Shown: positions 60,386 through 64,000 of the stretch, piece after piece
Numbering within the stretch: the first letter of the stretch is position 1
Layout of the letters: every line of letters begins with the position of its first letter
From: Scyliorhinus canicula
Lineage: Eukaryota
Length of the DNA stretch: 64,000 nucleotides
Direction of reading: 5' to 3'
Assembly: GCF_902713615.1 (NCBI RefSeq)
Contig: NC_052163.1
Coordinates: 17,308,248-17,372,247, forward strand
The notes under the pieces: model-generated
Seen by the model: the letters and a program-made list of their open reading frames with translations, nothing else
What the model was told of the DNA's origin: nothing
Databases searched by the model: none
Program-made: the position numbers and the translations under genes

Positions 60386-60659
60386 GCTTAGTTACAGTGT
60401 GTTACTTAAACTTTCTAGTAATGATAAATAAAATATATTCATAGTGCTCTTTTATAACATACACAGATACTGATGATCAAGTACATTGATATTCTGAGAA
60501 GTAGCACACATTTAACTGCACATACCAAACACTAATTCAGTGGAACAAGTGCATCATATTAACAAGAGCAAGACCCTTGGCTCTTCCCTCATCCCACATA
60601 CCAAGACCATGGGCAATTTTGATTGTTAAATCGGTACTATGTAATTTATTTTTATTGTT

Positions 60660-60966
60660 TTTTAAAAATAAATTAAGAGTACCCAATTTATTTTTTCCAA
60701 TTAAGGGGTAATTAAGGTGGTGTCCAATCCACCTACCTTGCACATCTTTTTAAAAAGAACTCAAGAGTACCCAATTATTTTTATTTTGCAATTTAGCGTG
60801 TCCAATCAACCTAACCTGCCCATCTTTGGGTTGTGGGGGTGAAACCCACGCAGACACGGGCTGAGTGTGCAAACTCCACACGGACAGTGACCCAGAGCCG
60901 GGATCGAACCTGGAACCTCGGCACCGTGAGACTGCAGTGCTAACCACTGTGCCACCGTGCTGCCCC
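60660..60966 (-). mobile_element. A-tailed V-type SINE with duplicated 3' segment
   Basis: ATTTTTATTGTT at 60648-60659 and 60969-60980 encloses a full SINE plus a second copy of its last ~90 nt. Confidence 0.85.
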
Positions 60967-61662
60967 TAATTTTTATTGTTGGTACTGCACTACATATTCT
61001 CACAAAAGACACTTAAGTAAAAATTACATTTTTAAAAATGTGTGTGATTTAATTTAACTGCTTTCTTTAAATTCAGTTTCAGTTGACACATTGAGCTGTC
61101 AGAGCTGCCATCTTCATGATGAAGCTTCACTGGGTATTTCATTGTCCTGTGTGCAGTGCTTTGCCTTGCAGCTTGAGTAACTATATACAGTAGACGGTAT
61201 TATGATTGGGTAACAATTAATACCAGTGTATTTGTGGTGAGTGAGTGCGTTAGTGGTAGAGTGAAGCTGAAATCAAGCCTTTTTAAGACTAACTTTGCTG
61301 AAACCTTAGTTTGAACCGGCTCAGTTCTTTAAATTTTCTCTAAAATTAGTTGAGAAATCTCATCTCTTCTAAGTAACCAAAGAATAATGTGAGCTACGCA
61401 TTTTGTTTTAAAGCTCAGAGCTTCCTGTTTCTCTAGTAGACTGGCATTGAGTTTTCAGCTGAAACTGAATGTGAAATAATCACTGTATTTAAAATATCAA
61501 GATGACACTCCCTTATTATAGTTTAAAATTTAAATTTAAATATTGCTAAATTAAAACAAAAACAAATTGCTTGGCCTATTGTCTTTATCCCAATTCCCAC
61601 TTTTAAAATCTTTTTGTCTTATTTCTATTGTCTAAATAAAGCTTTATTTTTCTTCCTGATCC

Positions 61663-62600
61663 AGTGACATACCGCAGGGATCTGTGCTGGGTCCCCTATT
61701 ATTTGTCATTTATATAATCGGCATGGATGGCCATATACGGGGTAGGATCTGTAAGTTTGCAGATGACACAAAGATTGGCTGGGTGGTTAACAGTTGGTTG
61801 AGTGTCTTGGGTTACAGGAAGATATAGACAGGATGGGCAGAAAAGTGGCAGGTGGAATTTAATCCTGAAAAGTGTGAGGTGATATTCTTTGGAAGGAGTA
61901 ATTTGACAAGGAAGTATTCAATGAATGGCCTGGCATTGGGAAGTTCCGAGGAACAAAGGGACCGTGGCATATTTGTCCATGGATCTCGAAGGCAGAAGAG
62001 CAGGTTAATAGGGTTGTGGAAAAGGCATATGGGACACTTGCCTTTGCCAATTGAGGCATAGATTACAAAGGCAGGGAGGTCATGTTGGAGTTGTATAGAA
62101 CTTTGAGGCCAAAGCTGTGGTAGTGTGTTAATTCTGGTCGTCACATTATAGGAAGGATGTGATTGGAGGGGATGCAGAGGCGATTCACCAAGATGTTGCC
62201 TGGGATGGAACATTTAAGTTGTGAAGAGAGGTTGGAGAGGCTTGGGTTGTTTTCATTGGAACAGAGAAGACTGAGGGACAGGGACAGGGAGCAGCTGTTC
62301 CCCTTTGTTGTAGGGTCAGTTATGAGGGTACACTAGTTCAAGGTCAGGAGCAGGAGGTTTAGGGGGAATTTAAGGAAAAACTTTTTTACCCAGAGGGTGA
62401 TGACAGTCTGGAATGCACTGCCTGGGCGGGTGGTAGAGGCGGGTTGCTTCACATCTTTTAAAAAGTTCCTGAATGAGCACTTGGCACGTCATAACAATCA
62501 AAGCTCTGAGCTGGCAAATGGGATTAGTTAGGCAGATCCAGTGTCTTCATGCAGACTAAATAGGCTGAAGGGCCTCTTTAGGACAGTATAATTCTGTGAT
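61663..62600 (+). mobile_element. CR1 (HER1-like) LINE 3' portion
   Basis: PQGSVLGPLLF, KFADDTK and EFNPEKCEV RT motifs; tail GGCTGAAGGGCCTC...ATTCTGTGAT. Confidence 0.9.
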
Positions 62601-64000
62601 CTATCTTTTTTTTCTAGTCATTTGTTAACTTTTAAAACCTATCTGTGTCCCTTTATTTTTATGTTGGTTTCTACCATTTACTTTGGAGGGATGGGGAAAG
62701 GAAAGGTGAGACCAGCACAAAACCCGATTTAAAAAAAAAAAAAAAATCTCATTTTAATCTTTGGTTGGCTGTCCAAATCTGCATCAAAATTAAAATAGAG
62801 GCTACTCCAAATTGAATAAAGAAGTGCAAATGTCTTGTCCAACTCATGGTTCTATAACATTAGCACAATCTGGAGGTTAGAAACAAAAGTATCATGGAAT
62901 TTAAATTCCATATAACAGTTCATTTTTGTCATATTGCACAAACCAAGGGACCAGTAATCTAAAAGTTAATCATGTACACATTGAAGGTACTCTTATCTTT
63001 GATAGTTAAAATTCTTTTTTCTTCTTGGGTAAATTGAAGTTGACCTTCTGTAGGCTCTGATGCTCTGCTAAATTCAAATGCACTGGTTTTATAGTTGCCT
63101 ATTTGTAGTAATTTGCATATTTATCCCTTGTTACCCAGTTGATATTTTGCTGTGGTTTGTGAGCATTCTCTTTTTAGTGTGCATCAACTGAGCTGCCGAG
63201 CTGAAGCTGTGAATAATCATCTGCAACAGCAAGATTGATTTGTAATCTACTGATTACTCATACGTTTGATAAGTTACTGTAGAATTTGGCAGCCCATGTG
63301 CAAGTGGCAATTCTTCTCCCTTCCTTTGGCTACCACAGTTGAAGATATTGTGACTTTAACATTTGGCTACGAGCGAATGGGTCATATCCTTTGAGAACTG
63401 AGTTTTCAGTAGCTTTCAAATCATTTTTTTTTAATACAGTGCCATGTACAAAAAAAATTATCTAAATAAATATCTAGTGTTGAGTGCCAACCGGTAAAAT
63501 CAAATTTGAGCAACTATAAAATTATTACTTTAACTTAATATTGATAATTCGGCTGAAAACCAGAGAGTATAAATGGTTCCACCGTCCTCAGAGGGTGACA
63601 TAGTCTTTGTCTGTGATACTCACTGTATACGACCTATAAATTTCTATTCCAAATGTGAAAACTTAATTTACTGCTGTGGAAAATAAGTTTGCATTGCAGT
63701 GGTTTTGTTCTTCAAAGCATTGCTGTTGGCTGCTATTTTGCCATTCAGTTTGTTTCATTGTCTATTGATTTGCATGCAACAGATATGGCAGTGATTTTCA
63801 ACAAAACAAATAAGAATCTATGTTCATGTCATCCAGAGTCATTTTATTGAGGCATTATTAATTATTGATTGTGAAAGGTGACAATTTGTTCTAAATTCAG
63901 ATCATCTTTCTCCTATCAGTTGTGTGAGATGAGAATGACCATCTCCATATTGGGAATTCCTGATTAGCTATGCCACTGAAGGTCTTGGCTGCTGTTTGTT

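Noticed and set aside
62748-62798. LILIFGWLSKSASKLK*, resembling the COG1 C-terminal LGWLS
   Set aside because: It is preceded by a poly-A run, with no acceptor and no upstream PGSLFRQL; probably a chance match.
1-64000. CRISPR arrays, operons or prokaryotic defence systems
   Set aside because: The sequence is spliceosomal-intron vertebrate DNA with no regularly spaced repeat-spacer structure.

Overview
Eukaryotic, intron-rich vertebrate DNA. The repeat content (HE1/V-type tRNA SINEs, CR1/L2, fish-type L1, RTE, Penelope, GC-rich MITEs) points to a shark, probably a catshark (inference). Two Golgi/secretory-pathway genes lie head-to-head around a CpG-island promoter at ~18.8-19.3 kb. CANT1 is on the minus strand: a putative non-coding exon 1 ending at 18832 and coding exons 2415-1782 and 403-200, with the last exon left of the window. 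COG1 is on the plus strand: 13 phase-consistent GT-AG exons from ATG 19341 to 56405 (939 codons), with the terminal exon apparently right of the window. The introns hold a full-length L1 with a 15-bp TSD, truncated L1s, an apparently ORF1-only L1 derivative, a decayed near-full-length RTE, a Penelope remnant with degenerate hammerhead cores, a solo LTR, seven PIF/Harbinger-type MITEs, about 15 SINEs and an intronless SDF2 fragment. The most notable signals are (i) one SINE body carrying three different 3' tails, with the A-tailed form showing L1-type insertion hallmarks, (ii) the NRF1-array bidirectional CANT1/COG1 promoter, (iii) the HAL1-like element and (iv) the SDF2 retro-fragment fused to a hAT end. 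Most ORFs in the supplied track are TE fragments or spurious. I see no convincing wholly new protein-coding system.
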